Shown here: in pieces, positions 1 to 13,020 of the stretch | Numbering within the stretch: position 1 is the stretch's first letter | Layout: the number at the start of each line of letters is the position of its first letter | Source of the DNA: Vicugna vicugna | Taxonomy: Eukaryota | Reading direction: 5' to 3' | DNA: 64,000 nt | Assembly: GCA_013265495.1 (NCBI GenBank) | Contig: MU058034.1 | Location: forward strand, 62,001 to 126,000 | Notes under the pieces: model-generated | Databases searched by the model: none | What the model saw: the letters and a program-made list of their open reading frames with translations, nothing else | Told to the model about the DNA's origin: nothing | Translations under genes and position numbers: made by a program

Positions 1-3000
1 CAACAGACAAAAGTCTAGGACCAGAAGGCTTCACAAGTGAATTCTACCAAACATTTAGAGAAAAGTTAAGACTTATCCTTCTGAAACTATTCCAAAAAAT
101 TGCAGAAAAAGGAAAACTTTAGAACTCATTCTATGAGGCCAACATCACCCTGATACTGAGACAAGATAAAGTTATCACAAAAATGGAAAATTACAGATGA
201 ATATCACTTATTAATACAGGTGCAAAATCCTCAGAAAATATTAAGAAATCAACTCCAACAATGCATTAAAAGGATCATACTCCACGAGCAAGTGGGATTT
301 ATCATAGGATGCAAGGATTTTTCAGTATCCTCAAATCAAGGTGATACATAACATTAGCAAATTGAAGGATAAAAACCATATGATCATCTCAATAGATACA
401 GAAAAAGCTTTTGATAAAATTCAATATTGATATAGGACCAAAAAAAAACTCTCCAGAAAGTGGGCATAGACGGAATATACCTCAACATAATAAAGGCTAT
501 ATATGACAAACCCACAGCTAACATCATACACAATGGCGAAAAGCTAAAAGCATTCCTTCTAAGATCAGGAACAAGACAAGGATGCCCACTCTCACCACTT
601 TTATTCAACATAATTTTGGAAGTCCTAGCCATAGCAGTCAGAGAAGAAAAAAAAATAAAGGGAATCCAAATCAGAAAAGAAGTAAAACTGTCACTGTTCA
701 TTGATGATGTGATACTATACATAGAAAACCCTAAGGAAGTGACCAGAAAACTACTAGAGCACATCAATGACTTTGGTAAAGTTGCAAAATACAAAATTAA
801 TTTACAGAAATCAGTTCCATTAACATTACATTAACAACAAAATAGCAGAAAAAGAAATTAAGGAAACAATCCCATTTACCATCACACCAAAAAGAATAAA
901 ATGCCTAGGAATTAACCTTCCTAAGGAGGCAAGGACCTGTACTCTGATAACTGTAAGATAATGATTAAAGGAACTGAAGGTGACATACACAGATGGAAAG
1001 ATACTGTGTTCTTGGAATGGAAGAGTCAATATTGTTAAAATGGCCATACTACACAAGGCAATATACAGATGCAATGCAATCCTTATCAAATTACCAATAA
1101 CATTTTTCACAGAGCTCCAACAAAAAATGTTAAAATTTGTATGGAAACACAAAAGATCCATAGCCAAAACAGTCTTGAAAAAGGAGAATGGAGCTGAGGG
1201 AATCATGCTCCCTGACTTCAGACTATACTACAGAGAAACAGTAATCAAAAGAGTGCAGTACTGGCACAAAAACACACACACAGATCAATGGAACAGGATA
1301 CAAAGTCCAGAAATAAACCCACACACTTATGGTCAATTAATCTACAACAAAGGAGGCAAGATTATAAGAATCTTTTAAACAAGTGGTGCTGGGAAAACTG
1401 GACAGCTACCTATAGAAGACTGAAATTAGAACATTTCTCTAACACCATAACCAAAAATAAACCCAAAGTGGATTAAAGACCTAAATGTAAGACCAGATAC
1501 TATAAAACTCCTAGAAGAAAACAGGCAGACACTCATGGACATAAATCACAGCAATATTTTTTTTTCAAATCAGCTCTTAGAGTAATGAAAATAAAAACAA
1601 AAGTTAAAGTATGGGATCTAATTAAATTTAAAAGATTTTACACAGCTAAGGATACCATCAATAAAACGAAAAGACAACTTACAGAGTGGGAGAAAATATT
1701 TCCAAATGATGTGACTGACAAGGGACTAACTTCCACAATATACAAACAGCTCATATACCTTAATATTAAAAAACAAGTGGCCCAATCAAAAAATGGGTAG
1801 AAGATCTAAATAGACATTTCTCCAAAGAAGATAATCCAGATATCCAACAAGTACATGAAAAGATGCTCAACATCACTAAATTGTTAGAGAAATGCAAATC
1901 AAAACTACAATGAGGTATCACCTCACACCAATCAGAATAGCCATTATTAAAAAGTCTACAAGCAACCCAATCCAAAAATGGGCAGAAGACCTAAACAAGC
2001 AATTCTCCAATGAAGACATACAAATGGCCAAAAGGGAAATGAAAAAAATGCTTAATACTGCTAATTATCAGAGAAATGCAAATCAAGACTACAATGATGT
2101 ATCACCTCACACCAGTCAGAAGGGCCATCATTCCTAAGTCCACAAATGATAAATGCTGAAGAGACTGTGGAGAAAAGGGAGCCCTCCTACACTGTTGATG
2201 TTAATGTAGTTTGGTGCAGCTGTTGTGGAAAACAGTATACAGATTCCTCAAAAGATTAAAAATAAACTTACCATATAATCTAGCAATCCCACTCCTGGGC
2301 ATATACCCAGAGGGAACCTTAATTCAAAAATATATATGCACCCCAATGTTCATAGCAGCACTATTTACATTAGCCAAGACATGGAAACAACCTAAATGAG
2401 CATCAACAGATGACTGTATATGTCTACAATGGAATACTACTCAGCCATAAAGAATAATAAAATAATGCCATTTGCAGCAACATGAATGGACCTGGAGATA
2501 GTCATTCTAAGTGAAATAAGCCAGAAAGAGAAAGGAAAATACCACATGATATCACTTTCTATGTGGAATATAAAAAAATGACAAACTTATTTGCAAAACA
2601 GACTCTCAGACACAGAGAAAAACTTGTGGTTACTGGTGGGGAGGGGAGAGAAAGGGGATATACTGGGAGTTAGAGATTTGCAGATACTAATATATATATA
2701 TATATAGAACTAATATATATAGAATTTGCAGATACTGATATATATAGAACAGATAAATAATAGCACAGGGAACTACATTCGATATCTTGTAGTAACTTAC
2801 GGTGAAAAAAAAAGAATATGAAAACAAATATGTATATTCCTGTATAACTGAAGCATTGTGCTATATACCAGAAACTGACACAACATTGTAAACTAACTAT
2901 ACGTCAATAAAAAAAAAAAAAAATATATATATATATACACACATGCACATGCACATACACAAGAAAAAAAGTCTACAAATGATAAATGCTGGAGAGAGTG

Positions 3001-3570
3001 GGGAGAAAAAGGAACTCTCCTACACTGTTGGTGGGAATGTAAATTGGTGCAGCCACTATGGAGGACAGTATGGAGATTCCTTAAAAAAACTGAAAATAGA
3101 CTTACCACATGATCTAGCAATCCCACATCTGGGCATATATCCAGAGGAAAATAGAATTCAAAAGACACATATATCTCAATGTTCATAGCAGAACTATTTA
3201 CAATAGCCAAGACATGAAGACAACCCAAATATCTATCAACACATGACTGGATAAAGAAGATGTGAGATACACATACACACACACACACACACACAACACA
3301 CACAGGAATACTACTCAGCCATAAAAAATAATAAAATGACATTTGTGGTAACATGGATGGACCTGAAGACTGTCATTCTAAGTAAATTAAGTCAGAAAGA
3401 GAAAGAAAAACACTATATGATATCACTTACATGTGGAACCTTAAAAAAAGAAAAGAACACAAATGAACTTATCTACAAAACAGAAACAGACTTACAGACA
3501 TAGGGAACAAATATGGTTACCAAGGAGTAAAAGGGGTAGGAAGGGATAAATCAGGGCTTCAAAATTTGCA
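1..3570 (+). mobile_element. LINE-1, decayed ORF2 (RT to C-terminus) and partial 3' UTR, interrupted at 1962-2965
   Basis: ORF fragments carry L1 RT motifs ([25 protein letters not shown]) and C-terminal motifs (CWENW, CGEK-like). Many frameshifts. Runs off the left edge. The 3' UTR stops at ~3570 with no poly(A). Confidence 0.97.
1962..2965 (+). mobile_element. 5'-truncated L1 (ORF2 end, 3' UTR, A tail) nested in the L1 above
   Basis: Repeats L1 sequence already present in the host. AATAAA plus A run at ~2907-2923. Perfect 13-bp TSD AAAAAGTCTACAA at 1949-1961 and 2966-2978. Confidence 0.95.
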
Positions 3571-3726
3571 CTTCTTGGGGAGTGATAGAAAGGTTAGCTA
3601 GCTTGATTGTGTTGGTGGTTTCATGGGTGAATGCATCTATCAAAATTCATCAAATTGTGCATCTGAAAAATGTGTAGTTTACTAGTTTACTGTACAGGAG
3701 TCATGCCATCATAAAGCTGTTAAAAA
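3571..3726 (+). mobile_element. Ancient L1 (L1MC/ME-like) 3' end
   Basis: cttgattgtgttggtggtttcatggg...caaaattcatcaaattgtgc...ataaagctgttaaaaa resembles old mammalian L1 termini. Confidence 0.7.
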
Positions 3727-5064
3727 TACATGAACCTGAACTCTTTAAGAAATACTGTGTATTATTGAATACCATTTAAAGATCATTGGTTTTCAAACAA
3801 ATTAATCTTACCTTATCACATCTCTTTTCCTTTCTCTAAAGACTTATAATGCTATAGGTTGTTTTATCCTTTTCAATATCATTTTGTTTCTCCTGTGTTT
3901 TTCTTTATTCATGTTATATTTCTGAGTATTATCTGAGAACAAACCCAAAGTTACTAATAATGCTGTGATAGTCACAGTGGAAAGGAACTGTGCTAAAGGA
4001 AGAATGATCTTGACAGTCAGATATTTTATGAAGTAACATTTGAAAAAGGGTATAGATTTTGATTTAGCATAGGGTTAGTGGAGGAAAGTTATAGGAAAAC
4101 ACATTTTATTCTAATATAAGAGACAACATCTAAACAGAGTGGTAGAGAAATACAGAATGTGCTGACTTTCCATTAGTGTCTTCAAATTATGGGTGGGTGC
4201 TTTTTTGTACAAGAGGTTCTTGAATAGTATGAGTGTTGGCAGGAATGCTGTCCTGATTTCCTTGTGGCTCTAACGATGACCTTATTATAATTTAAGCTAG
4301 TTTTTTTCTCCCCATAATACTTGTTTTCTGTGCTATTTTACTAGCTTTTTGATAATCACTTAGTTAAGAGTATAAAATTCTTTGTAGTCTTACATTTTAA
4401 AGTTTATTTTCATTAATAGATGCAATCTTGTTGATCATATTGTTGAGATCATGCTATAAGTTGAAGAAATGCAATTCTCAACATGAATTAGGGAAGGAAA
4501 ACAGCTGAAAAGAAAAAAAAGACCTTAGAAAGAAAGAAGTGGAGTTCATGTAAGAAATTTCTGGTTTAAAAATATGAACAAGCTGATTTCTGGTGGTAGG
4601 TTTTGAAAACTACAGTTCTTAGTTGGCTATTTCTTTAGCTTCTAAGTATCACTTAAGACGGTGAATGAAAAGTTAATCATTACCTTTTAGAGGTAAGAAA
4701 ATCTTGGCAGGTTTTATAGAACGTACTTGATTTCAATAAGCATTAAAAGGCTTTGTAATTTTGTACTGTCCCACATTTGGTGTAAAGCAAAGACTGATTC
4801 CGCTCTGAGCTCAGCAGGATGAAACTCTTAGCAAGAATGAAACTCTCTTAATTGGCCCACATCATTCAATAGTACTGTTACACAGCCAGAGGCCATTACT
4901 TGTGATAACCTGCTATTGACTTGGCAACTGGACCAGGGAAAAAGGTTGTTAATGAACCCTGATCAGAGCCCAGATTAGCTGACCAACCCTGGAGTTTATC
5001 ATCCAGTCTGTGGAATAAACAAATAACCAGCGTTGAAGTCAGAGTGATTTAAGCACTGTACCTA

Positions 5065-5690
5065 AGGCAGTACAGCATATGAGGGTTGAGTGTAGCACTG
5101 GGGTCAGGCTTATTTTGGAATCCTAGCCTTGACTTTTACTCTGATATTATGTGAATTATTTAACTTATGTTGGGCATTGGAAATATAAACAATCAAGACA
5201 TAGTATCTGCCTGCCTTCAAGGAATTTATCACCAGCACAGTTGCTGCTGCAGTCAAATGATTGATATTACAATATATAAGATACACTATGTATAATTAGA
5301 ATGGAATTTGATAGTGTAATGATAAGGGAACTGCAGTCTGTCCTTGGAAGCCACAGAAGGGTTGCCTGACTACTTAAGGAAATCAGGGGAGGTTTCCTGG
5401 AGGAAGGAACAACTTAGTTAAAAGCAGCAGGAAAAATAGAAGTAATATATTTTTAGTAACTACTTACTGAGTGCGTGTCTATCTGTGTCAGACACTCACA
5501 CGATAGCTATATAAGTTAAGGAGTTTAGTAGGGCAGTTCAATGATAAAGGAAATCTTATTCTTTCTGCTCCTCCACATGAGAACATAGATGTTTAGGGAG
5601 ATAGGTAAGATGACGGATTACATACAGCACGCTGCAGCCGAGCTGGGAGTCCAAAGTTAATGCCATCAGTCCAATTGCTATACTGTGCTG
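5065..5690. mobile_element. Degenerate MIR and L2 fragments
   Basis: MIR-like head at ~5065-5175, L2-like minus segment at ~5180-5420, reverse MIR-like segment at ~5460-5685. Confidence 0.5.
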
Positions 5691-6741
5691 CGTCAAACAG
5701 AATGGCAAGTCTTCTCTCTACAGGTTATACGGAGACTGTGGAAATTGATTGGAATGCTCACTGATAGCAGAACGAGGGTGAAAGAGCTGAGCATTATACC
5801 AGGGGGCACTCCCCCCTACTGAAAAATAAGTGGAGAAACTGGAAATGGGAAGAATGTTTCCAAAAGGTATAGTCAGAAAGATAACATCAAATTATGATGG
5901 ATTTAACACTTTGTAATTTATTAGTAGTGTTTGATTAAAGAAATTCATTCAGACTGTTGAGGGTGACAGCCTGGACACAAAGCCTTAGTGGCTGACCGTT
6001 GAGAGAGGGGCTAAATGAAGGAGCGAAGCCCAGTCTTGCCAAAAACGTACTGCTAACTGTAGAAGGAGCTATGAACGTGGAAAACAAATATATATGGCTT
6101 TTTTTTTTTTTACAAAAAACAAATGTGTGTTTGTGTGCAGACTAGAGACTTTCTGAAAGGAAATCACCTCTCTTGTTATGTTAGATCATTTTGCTCTACA
6201 TTTTGTGAGATCTGATGGGAACAGGGGTAAATCACCTAGAATATGAATTCCAAAATTATAAATGTCATGAGTGAATTTTACATGTGAACATCTAGAAGTA
6301 TTTTGAGTTTTCGCCTCAGTGTTAGGACAAGGTGTGATTTCACAGTATTCCTTCCAAAGATTAGGAAGACCAACATTTAGAATATATCAATGAGGTAGTC
6401 TATCATTTTTTTTTTCCCTTTAGCTCTGCTCTTCCAGACGGCCTTCTGAACCTGAATTTCACCAGTGAGCCCTCACTGGTTCTAATAGTTTATTTCCAAT
6501 GCTGTGTCTGTATTTAGTTTCAAATTATTAGGTTTCCTCTCCCATCTAAGGGGAAGTCTCCTCCCCTACCTCTTCCATTTGCTTTGAATGGAGAAGTGGT
6601 ATGAAATAAAAGTATGAATATTTCACTGTTAAGCAGAGATTGAGTTGGATGTAAACCAAAAGAAAAAAAAAAGCATAAGCTGGAATAGTTTTTGCTTCTA
6701 TCTTTCCACACTTATCCCCACTCATTCAATTATTATTTTAA

Positions 6742-6860
6742 TTTTTTGGGGGGAGGTGATTAGGTTTATTTATTTTTAGAGGAGGTACTGGGGATTGAAC
6801 CTAGTACCTCATGCATGCTAAGCATGTGCTCTACCACTTGAGCTATACCCTCCTCCACTC
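6742..6860 (-). mobile_element. tRNA-derived SINE (camelid Vic-1-like)
   Basis: Minus strand reads GGAGGGTATAGCTCAAGTGGTAGAGCACATGCTTAGCATGCATGAGGTACTAGGTTCAATCCCCAGTACCTCC with pol III A and B boxes. 15-bp TSD CAATTATTATTTTAA at 6727-6741 and 6861-6875. Confidence 0.92.
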
Positions 6861-6929
6861 CAATTATTATTTTAAAAGAGGCTACAGGAAGTAATGGGAG
6901 AAGTAAAGAAAATGAAGGAAAAAAAATGT

Positions 6930-7845
6930 TGGGAAATCAATAATCTAAGTTTTCACCTTAGGAAACTAGAAAAAAGAGCAAATTAAATCCAAAGAAAGCA
7001 AAAGAAAATCAGTAATATGAATTAAAGCAGAAATCAATGAACTTACAAACAGGAAAGGAATAGAGAAAAATCAACAAACATAAAAGTGGATTTTTTTTTG
7101 ACAAAGATCAATAAATTAATAAGCCTCCAGACTGGCTAACTAACAAAAAAAGGAAAAAAATACTAATAACAGAAATGAAAGAATATCACTACAGATACCG
7201 CAGACATTAAAAGGGTAATAAACGAATACAATGACCAACTTTACGCTCATAAATTTGATTACCTAGATAAACGGATCAATGGACCAAATCTTTGAAAGAC
7301 ACAGTCTGTCAGAATTCACACAAGAAATAGATAATCCAAATATTTCTATTCAAAAGAAACTAAATATCGAAAAACCTTCCAAAACAGAAAGCACCAGGTC
7401 AAAATAGTGAATTCAACCAAACTTAAGGAAGAAATTATACTAATCCTCTACAGTCTCTTTCAGAATGAAATGCAAAAACTTCCTAACTTATTCTGAGGCT
7501 TACATCACCCTTATACCAAAACCAGACAAAGACATAAAAAAAAACCAAAAACTACAGACCCATCTCTCTCATGAGCATACATGCAAAAATCCTCAACAGA
7601 ACATCAGCAAATCAAATCTAACAAAATATAAAAAGAATTATACACCGTGACCGAGATTTATCTCAAATATACAAGGTTAATTCAAAATCTGAAAATCAAC
7701 TAATGCCATCCATCACAGCAAGAGACTGAAACAGAAAAATTACATAATCATATCAACAGATGCAGAAAAAACATTTGACAAAATCCACTCTCATTCATGA
7801 TAAAAGTCTCAGTAAACTAGGAATAAAGGGGAACTTTCTCAAGTA
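6930..7845 (+). mobile_element. Older L1 ORF2 fragment (linker and RT N-terminus)
   Basis: Translation SEAYITLIPKPDKD and gatgcagaaaaaacatttgacaaaatcc (DAEKAFDKI-like). Confidence 0.9.
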
Positions 7846-8309
7846 AGACTAATTTGCAACCTAATCTGGAGCAATTAAAGTTGACCATGCAGGCAGGACT
7901 GAGTATTAGGGTTTATTAAATTTTTTAAATGTTCATCATACTGTAGAATAATTAGTGGTCAGACAATTCATACACTTTACATTACTTAAAATTTCCCAGG
8001 AAATTACTTGTATTAGGCAAACTATAAACAAGGCACAGATCATTGAAATATTATTGATTAAAAGGATCAAATGAACATGATAAGCAAGCTTCTTTGTTTC
8101 TTCTGTTTCAAGTGAAACTAGAAAATTCTGTTACAGGATAGATTCATTTTTAAAATATTTTTAGCCATCAATAAATGTTTATTGATTACATGTTAAGTTC
8201 TCAAAAAAAAAAAACCAACCCACCTATGAAAGAATACTAAAATGTGAAAGGCACAGAACAGCTCCTTAAAAACTTTCAAAATAAACTGCAGAGCCTGCAT
8301 CTATATGCA

Positions 8310-9010
8310 TTTTCTTTATTACTAAATATTCCAAATATACAAAAAAGTGGAGAGAAGAGTGTAATGCAACTGCAGCAGTTCCCGGGTCTGCTTTTTTTTT
8401 TTTAAACATTTTTTATTGATTTATAATCATTTTACAATGTTGTATCAAATCCCAGTGTAGAGCACAATTTTTCAGTTATACATGAACGTATATATATTCA
8501 TTGTCACATTTTTTTCTCTGTGTGCTACCATAAGATCGTTTTTCTATGCATTCCACACCTCTGCCTGCTCACTTCCGTGCTCTTTGCAAAGAGAGGCAGC
8601 CCCAGTGAGCTATGATTCTCGGCATTTTCTGCCCCTCCTACTGGATTCTAGCAGTGGAAGGCTCCAGGGGGAATATAAAGAATAGGACTAGAGAACCTCC
8701 AGGACATTTCTTCTCTTCCTTTCACACTTCTTAGCTTCAAACATGTTAATAGGTTGCCCTATTAACCTCATCAATATTTTTCTTTAATAACTTAAATAAC
8801 AAACGTCATGCTATGTTACCTATAAATACCTCTCAGTACGCATCTGGGAAAATAAAGACATTGTCCTCATAACCAAACTATCATTATCACATCTAACTAA
8901 ATTAGCAATGATTTCATAGTGCCTTTTGTTTGTTTGTTTTTTAGGAGTCTTAATTGTCCTAAAATGCCCTTTGTAATTGGTCTGACACAGGTTCCAATGA
9001 AGAGCCCCAC
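8310..9010. mobile_element. Old minus-strand L1 3' end, probably interrupted by an ERVL-type LTR remnant (~8381-8750)
   Basis: Degenerate similarity to recalled L1MC/ME 3' UTR and LTR33/LTR16-like sequence. Weak. Confidence 0.4.
8392..8538 (-). mobile_element. Young L1 3' end, heavily 5'-truncated
   Basis: Poly(T) followed by the reverse complement of the same L1 terminus seen at ~43100-43290. Confidence 0.9.
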
Positions 9011-9017
9011 GTTTTAG

Positions 9018-9118
9018 TATATCTCATGCAATATTTGGGGCATGTTTATATCAAAATAGTATTCTGAATTTCAAATTCAACTAGATGTTCTTTTTATTGG
9101 GTAAATTCAGCAATCATA
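9018..9118. mobile_element. MER53-like hAT DNA transposon fragment
   Basis: catgcaatatttggggcatgtttata...tctgaatttcaaattcaactagatg resembles the recalled MER53 consensus. Confidence 0.6.
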
Positions 9119-9139
9119 CTCACATTTCATCTGTTTATT

Positions 9140-9900
9140 ATGTTTTTATAGGTCACAAGTATTTGTCAAGCTCTGGTTCGGTTGCCAGTAGCATATATGA
9201 TGAGATAGTCAAGGTCTTATGACACATTATATAATTAAGGGTGCTAACCAGACAATAAAGTTAGACAAGATCTTGACAAGTGCCATGAAGAAAGAAACAC
9301 AAAAAGTGGTAGAATGTGGAGGACGGGGACTAATGCACACTCAGGAAAAACTTCTCAGAGGAAATGACATTGACCTGACAGTGAAATTACAGAAAGCATC
9401 CACACACACATATGCCAATACTAATAAAGTGGCTTTTAAGAAGAAAGAATTAAAGATGTCAACTTTCTGAGGTGGGAACAAATTATGTATTTTTTTCTAA
9501 AAAAAAAAGGGTACAATAAAGTATTTGTTTCTGAGGTGTCTTGAAAGAGCTATGAAGGCATTTAGTATGGTTGATGGTTAAGAAGCAGAAAGGTGTCTTT
9601 TTATTTAGGGGCCTTTAAAATGCAATAGGGCAGCATGTTAGGTTTTATGCTTAAGTATAATGGGAGCTTTACAGTAGGAGAACAAGAAATTGTTTCCTGT
9701 GGATGGGGATCATTTTGGCTGCAGAAAACTGTCAGAGGGCAAGGGCAGAATCCTGGACTGGTTTGCAGGGTGGGAGTTGTGGTGGATCAGTGGGACACGG
9801 TAGTGGTTCAGATGAGAGTCGCAGCAGTGGAGACAGAGACGAGTGATTGTATCTGGAAAACTGCTTGGACAAATGCGCCACAGCCCTTGATGATGGCTCA
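9140..9900 (-). mobile_element. L2 fragment
   Basis: Purine-rich degenerate L2 pattern (ggggatcattttggctgcag, gcagcagtggagacagag). Confidence 0.6.
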
Positions 9901-12209
9901 GCCAGCTCTACTTACCTCTTTTCCTTGTGCTTCTAACAGGCTCATGACTAAACACCATCACCACGTCTAAAATGCCATATTCAAATTCCTGATTATGCTG
10001 TATTCTCTTCTCCCTGACTAGAAACCTCTTGAGGATGAAATTAATGGTTTTTTTCATAGCATCTTGCTCATATTCAGTGCTCAGTTCCTACTGTAGAGAG
10101 GAATTTATTTAATGGCAGTTTGCTTCACATTCCATAAATGCTTTTTAATGAATGTGGCTCCTGCAATTCTATTCATTAAAAAAATATGTGATATGTGATT
10201 ATGGCTGCTACATATGGTAAATGTTATTTATGATATATGTTATAACATTTATATAGAGTATATTGCTATATATATAGTATATATAATACATAATTATGGA
10301 ATTATAGAAACTTTAACATTTATTTTTTTTGTTTTTAACACTTAAAAGCTAAGCTTGGTAAATACATTTGTAAGCCACTTGTGGTCACAGCAAGTCATCA
10401 AACACAAGTTTTCAGCCTCTTGAGAGAAACCAGATGCGATTTCCTCAGTTTTCCATGACCAAGCTGTGTGTCTTGTATCTGAACTCATCTTTTCTCCTTT
10501 GCTCCTGTTACACTGAAGGCCACTCCCAGTTGTCTTGATAAAGAATGTCACCTGGGATACTTTCACTCCTGTCAACTGAATGAGATCAGTTTTTGAAACT
10601 GTGTCATGTGGGAGAGTGCCAAGACGGCAGAGTACAGGGACTCAAGAGCTTGCCCTCCCCCACAAACACACCTAGAATTACATCTGCAGATCCACTGAGT
10701 TGCACAGAACGCCTCCTGAACTTTGGCAGAGTGTCTCTTGCTTTGAAATATAGGAGGATTCCTCAAAAAAACTGGTATGGGGAAAAAAGAAGGAGGAAAT
10801 CAGTGCATGATTAGTCCTGGTGGGGGGGAGTGGCAAAGGAAGAAAGGCACCCTCATGTTGGAATGCCCCCTCTCCAGCCGGGAGGCAGCCGGGACAGAAG
10901 TGGAGCTTCCAAGGCTCGGAGGAGAAAGTGGCAGCCGCTTGGCAGACAGGACTAACAGAATCTGGCACAGAGGGTACTTATGATCCCTAGCCCTAGACAT
11001 GAGCTGGCCGGGACAGGCCAGGACTGGCTGCTGGAGATCTGTGATGAGCCTAGGGAGGGCCCAAAGCACAGAAGCAGCCTCAGGGGACTGGCGGGTGGTG
11101 TGAGCTCTGGTTGGGAGGGTGTGCGTAACAGAACATCCTGGGACTACCATAAAAAAAACACCACTGCTAGTGTGTGTGGCGGGAAGGGGTGCAACCCAGC
11201 CTGCCAAAGCCAATGTCTCCGCTTGGATCCACTGCTGGTGTGTTCGCACAGGAAGAGAGGTGGCACTAGATCACAGCCATCACATTGCTGCTGTGTGGCT
11301 CCAGGGTGAGAGCGGGGCTGAAAGCTGAATCCATATGCAGGGGCTCTGCAACTACACAGGCAGGACTGAGATTTGTTTACAGCCCCAGGCAGAGGGGGTG
11401 GATTTGCTCTGCTGGTGTGTTTGTGGAACCACACCTCTGGGACAAACATGCAGGGAGTGAAGTTCTGGCACACAGTAGGGGTAAGAATGGGTACAGCATT
11501 TACAATAAGCCAACGTACCATACTGTATGCGGAGGCAGGGCTGGGGTCTGTGCTGACCCTTTGGCTCAAACAGATTCAGGTGTGTGACTGCACACTTGCT
11601 ACAGTGGGACTAGGGCCTGACATTGGTGGATTTGCATCAATTAATGGCTTTGCAGGTGCAGAATGTGGAGTCACCAGAGCAGGTGGCTGACACATTCTTG
11701 TGACTAAGGTGGGGACAAGGGCAGTGTCAAAGAGTACTTTGTAAGCCTGCATAACAAGTGACAGACAACACTACACAGCACACTGTCTGGTGGACATCTA
11801 TGGAGGTATACTCAGTGACTCTTCTTCCCAGCTGAAGCACTCCAAGCCTGCCTACCACAAGCAGCAGCTGAGAAACGGGTCTGGAACCCTCTATTCCAGC
11901 AACAGGTGAGCAGATCCAGCACCTGTCAGGGCTGTGACAACCACAGAACAAAAAGGAAGCCCTGCTCAACAATCAAGGCAGGCTCTGATCACCACCACAT
12001 CAACCACAGCCCCAGTCAAAGGGATAACAGCCAACACACATGGAAGACAGACATGGTGACCATCCATACTGAGAACAGCCCTTGCAACAAAATTATTAGA
12101 TACATGCAGTCTAGACAGGAATGCTTCCACTTTAAATTAAAAAAAAAAAACACTTCAAGACAACAGTAGATAACTGATACTTCTAAATCCATAGAGCCAG
12201 AGATATAAG

Positions 12210-13020
12210 TAAAAGAAAGGAGCAGACGAACCACTCTCAATTAAAAGAACAAGAAAAGTCCCCTGAAAGAATGAACAATGAGATAGACCTTGATGGCCTC
12301 CTAGATCATGACTTCAAAAACGGGGCGATAACAGTACTGAAGGAAAAAAGAGAGAATATGAATAGAGATGGAAAATACTGTAAAAAGGATATAGAAACTA
12401 TAAAGAGGAGCCAATTAAAAAGAGAACACTTAATGGCTGAAGAGCCAAGCTGAAGGTAGACAAAAGCAGACTAGATAATGCAGAGAAACCAATAAGTAAC
12501 TGAGAAAATAGGATAACAGAAGTCACCCAATCAGAACAGCAGACAGAAAACCAAGTAAAACCCAATGAAAGCAATATAAGGGACCTATGGGATAATATAA
12601 ACCATGACAACCTATAGGGGTCCCAGAAGAAGAAAGCGAAAAGGGGATTGAAAAGATACTTGAAGAAATCATGACTGAAAACTTCCCAAAACTAAAGAAG
12701 GAAATAGATATCCAAGTACAGGAGGCACAGAAAATCCCAAACAAGAAGAATCCAAACAGACCTACACCAAGACATATTATAATCAAGATGGCTAAAGTTA
12801 GGGATAAAGAAATGATTCTAAAGTCAGCAAGAGAAAAACAAAGAGTTAGGAACAAGGGAATGCCCATAAGGCTTTCAGCTGATTTCTCAATACAAATATT
12901 GCTGGCCAGAAGGAAATGGCAAGACATATTCAAAGTCCTGAATGACAAAAAGCTGCAACCTAGGATACTCTATCCAGCAAGACTATCCTTTAGAATAGGA
13001 GAGATAAAGAAGTTCACAAA
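12210..13020 (+). pseudogene. L1 ORF1p remnant, disrupted and C-terminally truncated
   Basis: ENFPKL...QEAQKIP...RPTPRHIIIKM...PIRLSADFS...LQPRILYPARLSF are canonical ORF1p RRM/CTD motifs. Stops and frameshifts upstream. Confidence 0.93.

Noticed and set aside
10342..10575. 77-aa minus-strand ORF as a downstream coding exon
   Set aside because: No recognisable homology and no convincing splice-site pair.
10593..12169. Dense overlapping ORFs in the L1 5' UTR (possible ORF0-like gene)
   Set aside because: Explained by higher GC content. No recognisable motifs, and ORF0 is described for primate L1.
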